A stretch of 64,000 bases of DNA from Chloroflexota bacterium. Its GTDB lineage: Bacteria; Chloroflexota; Dehalococcoidia; UBA2979. Below, piece after piece: positions 42,709-51,146 of this stretch. The position numbers were made by a program, and so were the translations under genes. Numbering within the stretch: position 1 is the first letter of the stretch; the number at the start of each line of letters is the position of its first letter. The DNA lies in assembly GCA_027593235.1 (NCBI GenBank), contig JAQCIU010000012.1, forward strand, positions 19,893 through 83,892. The letters are read 5' to 3'. The notes under the pieces are model-generated. The model did no database searches. It saw only the letters and a program-made list of their open reading frames with translations, and had not been told where the DNA came from.

Positions 42709-44418
42709 ATGGCAACGGCGACACACGAAACGCGAACTGGCGACACCGCGTCGCGATATGCCGAGCTGGAGGAGCGCATCCTCGATCGCGACCAGGTCGC
42801 GGCCAGCGAGGTCTTCTACGACCTCGTACGGGATGGCAGGCCGCTGAAGGAGCTGCTGCGCGAGACGGTGCGGGTCCACGCTCCGTACACGCACGCGCCG
42901 TACCACCAGCGGATCGACGACGGGGTCGTTCGCTTCGTCAACAACGATCACTGCCTGCTCAGCGCGCGCGCCAGCTTGCGGTTGCCCGACGTGTTGCCGG
43001 AGCGGCTGCGCTTCCTACCGATGGCGCAGACCATGTGGTACGTCCCGACCGGCCTCGATGCCTGGAGTCAGCTCCTCGGCAAGGCGCCCGGTCACTACGG
43101 ACGCCGGGTCTACGACGCATCGAAGTTCGACGAGGTGCCGCGTCCGACACGGCACTGGCCCGACGGCGACGCGATCGCCAGCGAAGGCACGCTCGACGAA
43201 CGCCTGAACCACTGGCTTACGCTCGTGCAGTACGGCCACGTCGAGCAGTCCTACGGGGTGTTCCGTGGATTGCTGGCCGAGCCGACCGACCGGCCACAGG
43301 TGCTGTCACAGCTCATGTTCGCGGGGCTGATCGACGTCCAGGACCGCATCTACATGAACCGCAGCTACACGACCGGCCACAAGTCCTACCGCGCCCGCGC
43401 CACGATCGAGCTGGCGCAGGCCATTGGCTGGGAAGACGCGCACGACGTGATCTACGCGGGCGTACCCGACATCGCCGTTGGACCGCGCTGGTACTCCGCC
43501 TACGAGATGGCCTGCGAGGTCGCACTGCGCCGTCTCGAAGAGGAGCCGCCTGCCTCGTCGCTGGCGCCGACGTTGATCACCGGTCGTGACGAGGAGCTGT
43601 TTGCCCAGACCGACGACCTCAGTTCAGTCGAACGGTCGATGCTGATGCACGCACTGCTCGAGGAGCCGGAGCCCGGCTACATCGAGGCGATCATCGCGCT
43701 GTTGCTGGCCGGTCGTTCCCCGCGCGCGATCCTCGACACGATTCAGATCGCGGCCGCCGAGGTCGTGCTGCGCTGTGGCGAGGGCCCGAGCTTCTCGATG
43801 CCGCAGCACGGCTACGAGTACACGAACACGCTGTCGTGGTTCTATGCGAACTTTGAGCACCGTCACAAGACGAAGCTGCTGTTCGTGGCTGGCTCCTTCA
43901 TCAACCAGTGCGGCGCCTGGGTGCGTCACTCCCCGGGCAACGGCAAGCCGGTGTTCACCGCCCCCGCGGCGGCTGGCGGGATGTCCCGGGACCAACTGCT
44001 GACACAACTCGATCGCGCGATGACGTCCCTGGAGCCGGACGAAGCGGCGTGCTGGGTGCAGGCGTACCTGGACGCCGGTCACGAGCGCCGTCCGTTGATT
44101 GCCACCCTGGCCCTGGGCGCGGCGAAGCAGGGAAACGATCCGCACAACCAGGAGATCGGGCTCTGCATGATCGAGGACTACGCGCGGACCTCGTCCCCGG
44201 ACCGCGATCGGCTGCTCCTCGCCTGTGCGAAGCACACCGCGGGGCACACGAAGTACGGCGATTCGCTGGAGTCCTACAACCGGTTCGCGCGTGAGTTCGA
44301 CTTGCCGCCCGCGACGGGCAAGGGCGGCGATCGCGATCCGCTCGAGGCCGTGCTCGAGGAGATCGAGCAGGTCCCGCTCGCGGACGAGGAAGCAACGCCG
44401 ACCGGTCTGCTGACGTAG
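42709..44418 (+). CDS. Uncharacterised all-helical protein with four His-containing internal repeats
   Basis: GGGAGG RBS before ATG 42709; 569 aa with host-like codon use; repeats centred on H81, H224, H367 and H479. Confidence 0.8.
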   Translation: MATATHETRTGDTASRYAELEERILDRDQVAASEVFYDLVRDGRPLKELLRETVRVHAPYTHAPYHQRIDDGVVRFVNNDHCLLSARASLRLPDVLPERLRFLPMAQTMWYVPTGLDAWSQLLGKAPGHYGRRVYDASKFDEVPRPTRHWPDGDAIASEGTLDERLNHWLTLVQYGHVEQSYGVFRGLLAEPTDRPQVLSQLMFAGLIDVQDRIYMNRSYTTGHKSYRARATIELAQAIGWEDAHDVIYAGVPDIAVGPRWYSAYEMACEVALRRLEEEPPASSLAPTLITGRDEELFAQTDDLSSVERSMLMHALLEEPEPGYIEAIIALLLAGRSPRAILDTIQIAAAEVVLRCGEGPSFSMPQHGYEYTNTLSWFYANFEHRHKTKLLFVAGSFINQCGAWVRHSPGNGKPVFTAPAAAGGMSRDQLLTQLDRAMTSLEPDEAACWVQAYLDAGHERRPLIATLALGAAKQGNDPHNQEIGLCMIEDYARTSSPDRDRLLLACAKHTAGHTKYGDSLESYNRFAREFDLPPATGKGGDRDPLEAVLEEIEQVPLADEEATPTGLLT

Positions 44419-44523
44419 GGCGGTCCGGCCTCGGGTTTGGATCATCGCACTCGCGGCGGTACGACGCCGTCCTGGCGTTGCGCGGATATGATCACCTGAG
44501 TGAGCGTTCTTACGTAACGTCCG

Positions 44524-44549
44524 GGAACCGAAGTGGGGCGACGCTCGTT
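44524..44549 (+). promoter_or_regulatory. ECF sigma-type promoter
   Basis: GGAAC-17 nt-CGTT, 45 nt upstream of the DUF4349 gene ATG. Confidence 0.55.
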
Positions 44550-44594
44550 TTGTCGCTATGGCCCGGCGCACGCGCGTCGGCAGGGAGGGCGACG

Positions 44595-46016
44595 ATGCGA
44601 AAGCAGCTCTGGGCATTCGTGGGCGTACTGGTGATGGCGATGCTGTTGCTGGTCGCCTGTGGCGGCAACGACAGCAGCGACGACACTGCACTAGCGTCGG
44701 GAGAGTACGGCGCCGTCACTGGGGGGGCCGTTTCCGAGTCCTTCTCGCGCGATGCGGACGGCAGTGCGCCAAATGGGGCGCCATCCGACGCGGTTACGAG
44801 CCCCGGTTCGGAGCCGGCACCGGGCAACACCGGCGATTCCGAAACGTTCGGCGGCAAGGGCGCGGATGGCGGGTTGACTCCGCTGGCGCTGCAGCAGGTT
44901 GGTGACGGGCGCGTCATCATCTTCACCTCCTCGATGGTCGTCGAGGTCGAAGACGTCCCGGGTGCCACGCAGCGGGCGCAGGCGGCGATTGCCGGCCTCG
45001 GCGGGTTGCTGTTCGGGCAGAACACCACCACCGAGCCGTACGCCTACACGACCCTCACCTTCAAAGTGCGTCCCGAGGACTTCCAGGAAGCGCTGCGGCG
45101 CCTCGAGGAGCTGGGCAAGCTGGAGAGCCAGCAGATCTCCACGGACGACGTGACCGAGCGGGTCGTGGATCTCCAGAGCCGCATCACCACCTCGGAGGCG
45201 TCGGTCGAGCGGCTGCGCGCCTTCCTCAGCAACGCCACCGACCTCGAGGGTGTCGCGCAGATCGAGGCGCAGCTCCTGATCCGCGAGACGGACCTCGAGG
45301 TGCTGCGTGGGCAGCTCCGCACGATCCAGGAGCAGGCCTCACTCGCCACGATCTACCTCACGCTGACCGAGCCACAGCCGGATGAGCCGGAGGCGAGCAT
45401 CGATCTCGTCCAGACGGCCTACCTCGATCACGACCGCGGCGCGCACTGCCCCGGCGACGACGAGCTGAAGGTCGACGAAGGCGAGGCGATGACCGTCTGC
45501 TTCTCGATCGAGAACACCGGCAACCTCGCGTTGACCGAGATCGAGATTCGCGACGTCGGTCTCGATCTCGATGAGGACGACTTCGTCGTGCTAGAAGGGT
45601 CGCTCGAGGTCCTCGAGCCTGGTGACACGCTGATGGGCTACTTCGAGACGGACGCCGAGTTGCGGCACTACGCCGATCCTCGGTTCTCGGCCGTCCCGGT
45701 TGACGAGGATGGCGACCCGGTCCGGGTCGGCATCGAGATCGATGGCGACCTGGTCTCCTTCGACATCGTCGAGGACACCTCGGTGCCATCATTCACTGAT
45801 GGGCTGTCGGGCAGCATCGACGCGGTGATCTCGCTCGGTCAGCTGGCGATCCTTGCTGTCGGCGTCGCGATTCCGTTCCTCTGGGTGCCGCTGCTGGTCG
45901 TCGCCCTCGTGTGGTTCATCCGTCGCCGGACGACCCCATCACGGACGCTGGCTTCGCCCGTTGCAACGACGGCCACGGCGGCCGCTCCGACCAACGACGT
46001 GGAGAGCGACAACTAG
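44595..46016 (+). CDS. DUF4349 domain lipoprotein with an additional Ig-like segment and C-terminal TM
   Basis: Lipobox LVAC; IIFTSSMVVEVED, LTFKVRPEDF, DVTERVVDLQSRI, LEVLRGQLR, SLATIYLTL; C-terminal hydrophobic hairpin. Confidence 0.85.
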   Translation: MRKQLWAFVGVLVMAMLLLVACGGNDSSDDTALASGEYGAVTGGAVSESFSRDADGSAPNGAPSDAVTSPGSEPAPGNTGDSETFGGKGADGGLTPLALQQVGDGRVIIFTSSMVVEVEDVPGATQRAQAAIAGLGGLLFGQNTTTEPYAYTTLTFKVRPEDFQEALRRLEELGKLESQQISTDDVTERVVDLQSRITTSEASVERLRAFLSNATDLEGVAQIEAQLLIRETDLEVLRGQLRTIQEQASLATIYLTLTEPQPDEPEASIDLVQTAYLDHDRGAHCPGDDELKVDEGEAMTVCFSIENTGNLALTEIEIRDVGLDLDEDDFVVLEGSLEVLEPGDTLMGYFETDAELRHYADPRFSAVPVDEDGDPVRVGIEIDGDLVSFDIVEDTSVPSFTDGLSGSIDAVISLGQLAILAVGVAIPFLWVPLLVVALVWFIRRRTTPSRTLASPVATTATAAAPTNDVESDN

Positions 46017-46028
46017 CCGCACCGACGC

Positions 46029-46064
46029 ACCGCGGGCCGGTCACGCCATTGGCCGGCCCGCGGT
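46029..46064. terminator. Long GC hairpin after the DUF4349 gene, abutting the next -10 box
   Basis: ACCGCGGGCCGG(TCA)...(TGG)CCGGCCCGCGGT 12-15 bp stem. Confidence 0.5.
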
Positions 46065-46075
46065 ACAGTCACCCG

Positions 46076-46861
46076 ATGACGACACCATCCTTCGAGGCCA
46101 GCGAGTGGATCGCGCAACCTCGCAACCTCAGCCCCAACGGTATCCATGACGACGATCGCGCCCGCGAGCTGGGCTTCTCCGGCGGCTTCGTCACCGGCGT
46201 GGTGCTCTACGAGCACATCGCCGCGGAGCTGATGAACCAGGGGCTGCCGTGGCTCGACGAGGGCCGCGTTTCACTCAGTTTCCGACGGCCCGTCTACCAC
46301 GACGAAGCCGTGACCTGCCGCGTCGATCCCGCGACGAACAGCTTCGAGATTCGCAGCGACGACGGCATGGGCCCGCGCGCGAGCGGCACCTTCGAGGTCG
46401 GCGGCGACGACGCGCCCTCGGTGCCGAGCGGCGCAGCCGCGCCATCGCCGGCTGGCGTGGCGCTGGGCGATCCGTCGCTGGTCGGCATGGTGATGCGAAT
46501 CGAGGAGCGCCTCGACCCGGCGCTGTTCGATCAGATGGCGGAAAACTCGCGATTCCCTCGGGAGCTGGGTGGACGGAAGCTGATCCCGATCGGCCAGTGG
46601 ATCAACCCGATCGATCTGATCTACGAGTACTTCGGGCGGTCCACCACCATCCACTTCGCCGGTCGAATCTGGCACCACTCGCCGCTGTTCGAGGACGAGT
46701 CGTTCACGACCACCGGCGTGATCACCGGCTTCTCCGAGCGGCGCGGCAACCAGATCGTCGACTTCAACGCGCTGGTCGCCGCCGGCGATGGCCGCCCGAT
46801 CGCGACGATCGAGCACAGCAGCGTGTACAAGCTCGCGCGCGAGCGGGTCGCCGAGGGCTAA
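46076..46861 (+). CDS. Double hotdog-fold (MaoC-like dehydratase) protein
   Basis: NGIHDDDRARELGFSGGFVTG hydratase motif, SFRRPVY, and a second hotdog half IHFAGRIWHHSPL...ERRGNQIV. Confidence 0.75.
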   Translation: MTTPSFEASEWIAQPRNLSPNGIHDDDRARELGFSGGFVTGVVLYEHIAAELMNQGLPWLDEGRVSLSFRRPVYHDEAVTCRVDPATNSFEIRSDDGMGPRASGTFEVGGDDAPSVPSGAAAPSPAGVALGDPSLVGMVMRIEERLDPALFDQMAENSRFPRELGGRKLIPIGQWINPIDLIYEYFGRSTTIHFAGRIWHHSPLFEDESFTTTGVITGFSERRGNQIVDFNALVAAGDGRPIATIEHSSVYKLARERVAEG

Positions 46862-46878
46862 CGCCGCGCGCGCCCTCG

Positions 46879-47265
46879 TTAGTCGAGCGGCTCGAGCCCG
46901 CGTGGTTGGCTGCGGGTCTGGGCGGCGCAGACGATGAACTCGAGGTCAGCGCCGGCATCGGCGTGGATCTCGTGGTGGATCGCCGCCGGGAAGAACAGGA
47001 AATCGCCCGGCCCGACGCGCTTCGTCCACGGCCCGCAGATCACCTCGCCGGTCCCGCTCAGGAAGTAGTAGACCTTCTCCACGTCGTCGTGGATGTGCCG
47101 CTCGTTCGCGCCGCCCGCGGGCAGGCGATTCCGCAGTACGAACTGGAGGCCGCTCTCAAACGGGAACGTCGTGGCATCAAAGATGCGGCGCACGTGAAGG
47201 TCGCCGCGTGACTGGGTTTCGTCGATCGACGATTCGGCGGTGACGATCAGGCGTTCCTCGGACAT
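46879..47265 (-). CDS. Cupin domain protein
   Basis: HIHDDVEKVYYFLSGTG and GDFLFFPAAIHH cupin motifs; AAGGAG RBS. Confidence 0.88.
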   Translation of the reverse strand: MSEERLIVTAESSIDETQSRGDLHVRRIFDATTFPFESGLQFVLRNRLPAGGANERHIHDDVEKVYYFLSGTGEVICGPWTKRVGPGDFLFFPAAIHHEIHADAGADLEFIVCAAQTRSQPRGLEPLD

Positions 47266-47333
47266 GGGGCTCCTTGCTCCAGGCTGTGCTCAGACGACGC
47301 TCACATAGACGTCGGGCGCGAGCGTACGCGGGG

Positions 47334-50300
47334 TTAGTTGGGTGGCGGTGGGCAGACGCGGGTCTCGCCGGTGCTGGCATCCAGGAATGCGCCATCCGCC
47401 TGCTCGAAGCCAGAGAAGCTACTGCCGTCCGGGCAGATCACTAGCGTCGGAATCTGGGCCGGCGTCATCGTCGCCCCGCCGGCCGGTGCGCTCGGCGCCG
47501 CCGTGGCGAGGACCGTCGCGGCCGCGGTTCTCGTCGGCGCGGCAGTCGAGGTGGGGGCGACACCACCCGCACCGCCGCTCGCGCCAGTCGCGGACGGTTC
47601 GTCCGCGTCACCCCCGCCGAGCAGCAAGAACGCGCCGAGGGCGATCGCCACCACCCCGGCGAGCGGCCAGACCCAGATCGGAACCCGCCGCCTCGGTGGC
47701 TGGCCCGCTGCGGACGCGCCCGACGTTGCGGCGGTGGCGAGTTCGCGGTCGACCGCCTCGAACGGGCTCGACGGCGAGCGCTCCGCTTCGGGATCGATGT
47801 AGTCGAGCACGCTCTCGGCGGGTGGCACCGGCGTCTTGCCGAGATCCGCCTCGCCACCGAGGTAGTTGAGGACGCTCTCCTCGGGCGGCGCCTGCTGCTC
47901 GCCGAGCGTGTCGAGTCGATCGAGGTCCGCGAGGCTGGCGTCGGGCTCGTCGTCGAGGCCGCTCTCGTGGTCGAGGATGCTCCCCTGTGAGCGTGCCTCC
48001 GCCTGGGCGACGACGGCGTCCCATTCCGGATCGGGCTCCTCGGGAATTTCGGTTTCGCCCTCGGACGCGTCGGCTGGCCCGATGACGGAGGCGAAGGGCG
48101 ATTCGTTGAGGAAGTCGAGGATGCTGGGATCGCGGCCGGCCGCTTCGGCCTGGCGAATCCACTCTTCCCAGGCGGCGTCGTCCTCGGGATTGTCGGTGAC
48201 CTCGTCATCCGCGTCGTCGGTCAGGCTGCGGCGACCGAGCACCGCGTGCGACTGGGCGACGATCGCGTCCCAGTCGTCCTCCCAGTCGTCGTCGGCGTCG
48301 CGGTCGAGGAACAGCGGTGAGATGCCGCTGATCAGCGTGCCGTTGGGGGAGACGTTGCGGGCGAAGGCGGCGTGGATGTTCTGCGGCAGGTCGGCGAGGT
48401 GGCGGGTCGGGAGATCCTCGGACCAGACGGCGAACGGCGGGCGGTCGCCGCCGAACACGACCAGCGGCTCCTCGCCGCCGCGCTGATGTTTGCCGATCAC
48501 GTCGGTGAAGATGCTGAGGTTGTCCGCGAGCTTCGAGGGCTTGCGGAAGTCAGGCATGTCGAGCCAGCGCATGTGCGCACCGTGGAGCGCCAGGAACGCC
48601 TCCGAGTTCATCAGATCGGCGACAACGGCGTCATAGACCGCGGTGGAAACAGGATTCCCGTCGAGGTCGGTGATCTCAAAGAGGTCGTAGTCGCCCGTGA
48701 TGCCCTTGCCGGTGTTGCCGTAGAGACCGGTGTCGACGACGACGCCGTTGTCGAATCGGATCTGCCCGTCCGCCTCGAGCTGTCGCATGTGTTCGCCGAT
48801 GCCGCCGTTGAACTCGTTCATGCGCTGGTTGAAGCGACCCTCGATCTTGGCGAAGAAGGCGGGGTCGAAGGACGCGCGTGAGGGGAGGACGGGTTCGAAG
48901 AAGCCAACGAGGCCCTGCGTGCCGAGTTCTGCGCCCAGCAGCACATCGATGTCGTTGATCGTCTTCGACTTAATCTCGACGCCCTTGGGCGGGTTGCCCA
49001 ACCGCCGCCACCTGAGACCAGCGATGTTCGATGGCCGTGTCCAGCCCAGTGTGCCGTTGGGGTGGCCGTCACGCGGTTTGCGAGCGATCCGCTGGGCGTC
49101 AATCATCGCCTCGCGCATCATTCCGACTTGCTCGGGCGAGAGGATGTCGCCGGTCTCCGCGTGGGCGAGGTTGTCGCCGCGGAAACGCGGTGCGCCGACG
49201 TTGCCGGTGGCGCGCGTCGGGCCTCCGGCGTCCCCGAGGTCTGCGGCGCTGCGCCCTGGTGATCCGGGATCGGTACTGCGAGGGCGAGGGCCGTAGCCCT
49301 CGTAGGCGGGCAGGCCGCGGGCGGATAGGAGCGGCGTATCGCCACCCGCGGGCGGGACGATCACCCGTTGCCGGGTGGGTGTCGCGAGGTGGTCGAGCTG
49401 GAACTTCATGCCGGCGCCGGTCATCGCGACCTCGGTGATGAGATCGAGGAGGGCGAGGGTGCGTTGGTCCCAGCCGACCTCCTGCCCCATCTCGTTGACC
49501 CCGAACAGCAGCGTGCGCACCTGCGCGACGAGGGTGGCGGCGGCGAAGAGCCGGTAGGCGCCGATCGTCGCGGCACCGATGCCGCGCAGCACCATCGCGC
49601 TGACCTCGGCGTCGGATCGCTCCTTGTTCGCGCGTTCGCGCGACAGCGCGTCGGTCCAGGGGATCGCGCCCAGTAGCTCCGGTGGCTGCTGCAGGTAATC
49701 GAGGTAGCCCTGGGCGACGGCCAGCCGCGCGCGCTCGGTCCACGCGTCGCGGTTGAGCGATCCGCTGGCGGCGACGACGTAGCTGAGTCGCTGCAGCGTG
49801 TCCGCCTCGAGCGCGTCGAGGGCTGCCTGGATCTCGTCCTTCTCGCCGCTCTCCGGGTACTGATCGAGCTCCGCGCGGGCGGCGGTGATGTTGACGAGCG
49901 TGGCGTTGAAGACCTCGTCCGCCTTCGCGATGTACTCGCCGGTCTGGAACAGGCCCATCGAGATCGGGGTGTCATAGAGGAGGGCATCGTCCTCCGCGAC
50001 CACACCGTCTGCGGACTCGAAGCGGACGGTGAGCGTCTTGCCGTCCTCGTAGTCGATCTCGCCGCGATCGAGGTTGCCGGTCGACCAGGAGAAGCCCAGC
50101 GCGCCGACCTCGCCGGCCCCCTCGCCGCCGCCGGAGACGGAGAGCGGGGTGGAGGTGAACACCCACTCGCCATCGATCGTGTTCGTCCAGGTGATATCAA
50201 GGTCGGCGGTGCCCTCGGAGGTGACGAACTCGATCTCGGTCGTGTTGCCGGGATCGGCCATCGTGTCGGGGACGTAGAGCTCGATGCGGAACGTCTGATC

Positions 50301-50366
50301 GGAGACCAGGTCGTCCAGCGGACGCCCGCTCAGATCGACGATGCGGATGCGGAAGCCCTCGGCCAT
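47334..50366 (-). CDS. Membrane-anchored protein with a class II (edema factor/ExoY-like) nucleotidyl cyclase domain
   Basis: GAGGAG RBS. Motifs R444-P-S-N, G457-x3-K461-G-x3-K466-S-K468-T, T-G-D559-Y-D561-L-F and H595-G; acidic repeat region; one TM (about 47619-47684) preceded by RRR; Cys-pair C-terminal tail. Confidence 0.75.
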   Translation of the reverse strand: MAEGFRIRIVDLSGRPLDDLVSDQTFRIELYVPDTMADPGNTTEIEFVTSEGTADLDITWTNTIDGEWVFTSTPLSVSGGGEGAGEVGALGFSWSTGNLDRGEIDYEDGKTLTVRFESADGVVAEDDALLYDTPISMGLFQTGEYIAKADEVFNATLVNITAARAELDQYPESGEKDEIQAALDALEADTLQRLSYVVAASGSLNRDAWTERARLAVAQGYLDYLQQPPELLGAIPWTDALSRERANKERSDAEVSAMVLRGIGAATIGAYRLFAAATLVAQVRTLLFGVNEMGQEVGWDQRTLALLDLITEVAMTGAGMKFQLDHLATPTRQRVIVPPAGGDTPLLSARGLPAYEGYGPRPRSTDPGSPGRSAADLGDAGGPTRATGNVGAPRFRGDNLAHAETGDILSPEQVGMMREAMIDAQRIARKPRDGHPNGTLGWTRPSNIAGLRWRRLGNPPKGVEIKSKTINDIDVLLGAELGTQGLVGFFEPVLPSRASFDPAFFAKIEGRFNQRMNEFNGGIGEHMRQLEADGQIRFDNGVVVDTGLYGNTGKGITGDYDLFEITDLDGNPVSTAVYDAVVADLMNSEAFLALHGAHMRWLDMPDFRKPSKLADNLSIFTDVIGKHQRGGEEPLVVFGGDRPPFAVWSEDLPTRHLADLPQNIHAAFARNVSPNGTLISGISPLFLDRDADDDWEDDWDAIVAQSHAVLGRRSLTDDADDEVTDNPEDDAAWEEWIRQAEAAGRDPSILDFLNESPFASVIGPADASEGETEIPEEPDPEWDAVVAQAEARSQGSILDHESGLDDEPDASLADLDRLDTLGEQQAPPEESVLNYLGGEADLGKTPVPPAESVLDYIDPEAERSPSSPFEAVDRELATAATSGASAAGQPPRRRVPIWVWPLAGVVAIALGAFLLLGGGDADEPSATGASGGAGGVAPTSTAAPTRTAAATVLATAAPSAPAGGATMTPAQIPTLVICPDGSSFSGFEQADGAFLDASTGETRVCPPPPN

Positions 50367-50435
50367 GGGGCGCTCCTCAAACTGGCGTTCCCGGCGGGAG
50401 CGTAGCCGATGGTGGCTCGCCTGTGGGCAGCCGCC

Positions 50436-51146
50436 CTACACGAGCAGCAGCGCTCCGAGGGCGATCACGGCGATGTAGAGCACCTGCTGGAACGCGGCGG
50501 CGGGGATGTGCCCGGCGAGCCGATGCCCGAGCCAGAGCGCCACGAGGCCGAACGGGAAGTACAGCGCGTAGGCCGTGGCGACGTCGCTAGTCCACAACCC
50601 GGAGGCCCCATGTCCGATCCAGACGACGATCGCCAGCGGCACGAAATACGCCTGGAGCGTCGCGCGAAACACGTCCGGCGGCCATCGACGCAGCGTCCCG
50701 AACACGACCACCGGAGGCGAGTTCGTGTTGTAGGCACCGCCGAGGACCCCGCTCACGAAGCCCAGTCCGTACGCCCAGCCGTCGTGGCGGGCCTCGAACA
50801 GCGGCGGTCCGACGAGCGCGTAGATGGCGTACGCGATCAGCAACACGCCGAGGCCGCGCTGGATCAATTCGGCCGGCGCCTGGGTCAGCAGCAGGATGCC
50901 GACCGGCACCCCGAGGACAGAGCTGACAATCAGCTGCACCGCGGCGCGCGGTTCCAACCGGCGCCAGTTGCGACGCAGCAGCAGCAACGTTGTGCCGACG
51001 ATCACGAAGGCGACCAGCGCCGTCGCCTCCTCGACACCGACGAGCAGCGTCAGCATCGGCATCGCCACCAACCCCGTGCCAAAGCCGAGCGTCCCGTGGA
51101 ACAGCGTGGCCAGGCAGAGGATCGCGACGACGAGGGCAAGCTCCAT
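50436..51146 (-). CDS. Sulfite exporter TauE/SafE family membrane protein
   Basis: HGTLGFGTGLVAMP, GFVSGVLGGAYNTNSPP, FRATLQAYF; about 8 TM. Confidence 0.88.
   Translation of the reverse strand: MELALVVAILCLATLFHGTLGFGTGLVAMPMLTLLVGVEEATALVAFVIVGTTLLLLRRNWRRLEPRAAVQLIVSSVLGVPVGILLLTQAPAELIQRGLGVLLIAYAIYALVGPPLFEARHDGWAYGLGFVSGVLGGAYNTNSPPVVVFGTLRRWPPDVFRATLQAYFVPLAIVVWIGHGASGLWTSDVATAYALYFPFGLVALWLGHRLAGHIPAAAFQQVLYIAVIALGALLLV

Noticed and set aside
46879-47265. Cupin as immunity protein for the cyclase-like gene
   Set aside because: Ordinary metal-binding cupin with its own RBS and a 68-nt gap; nothing beyond adjacency links it to the cyclase.
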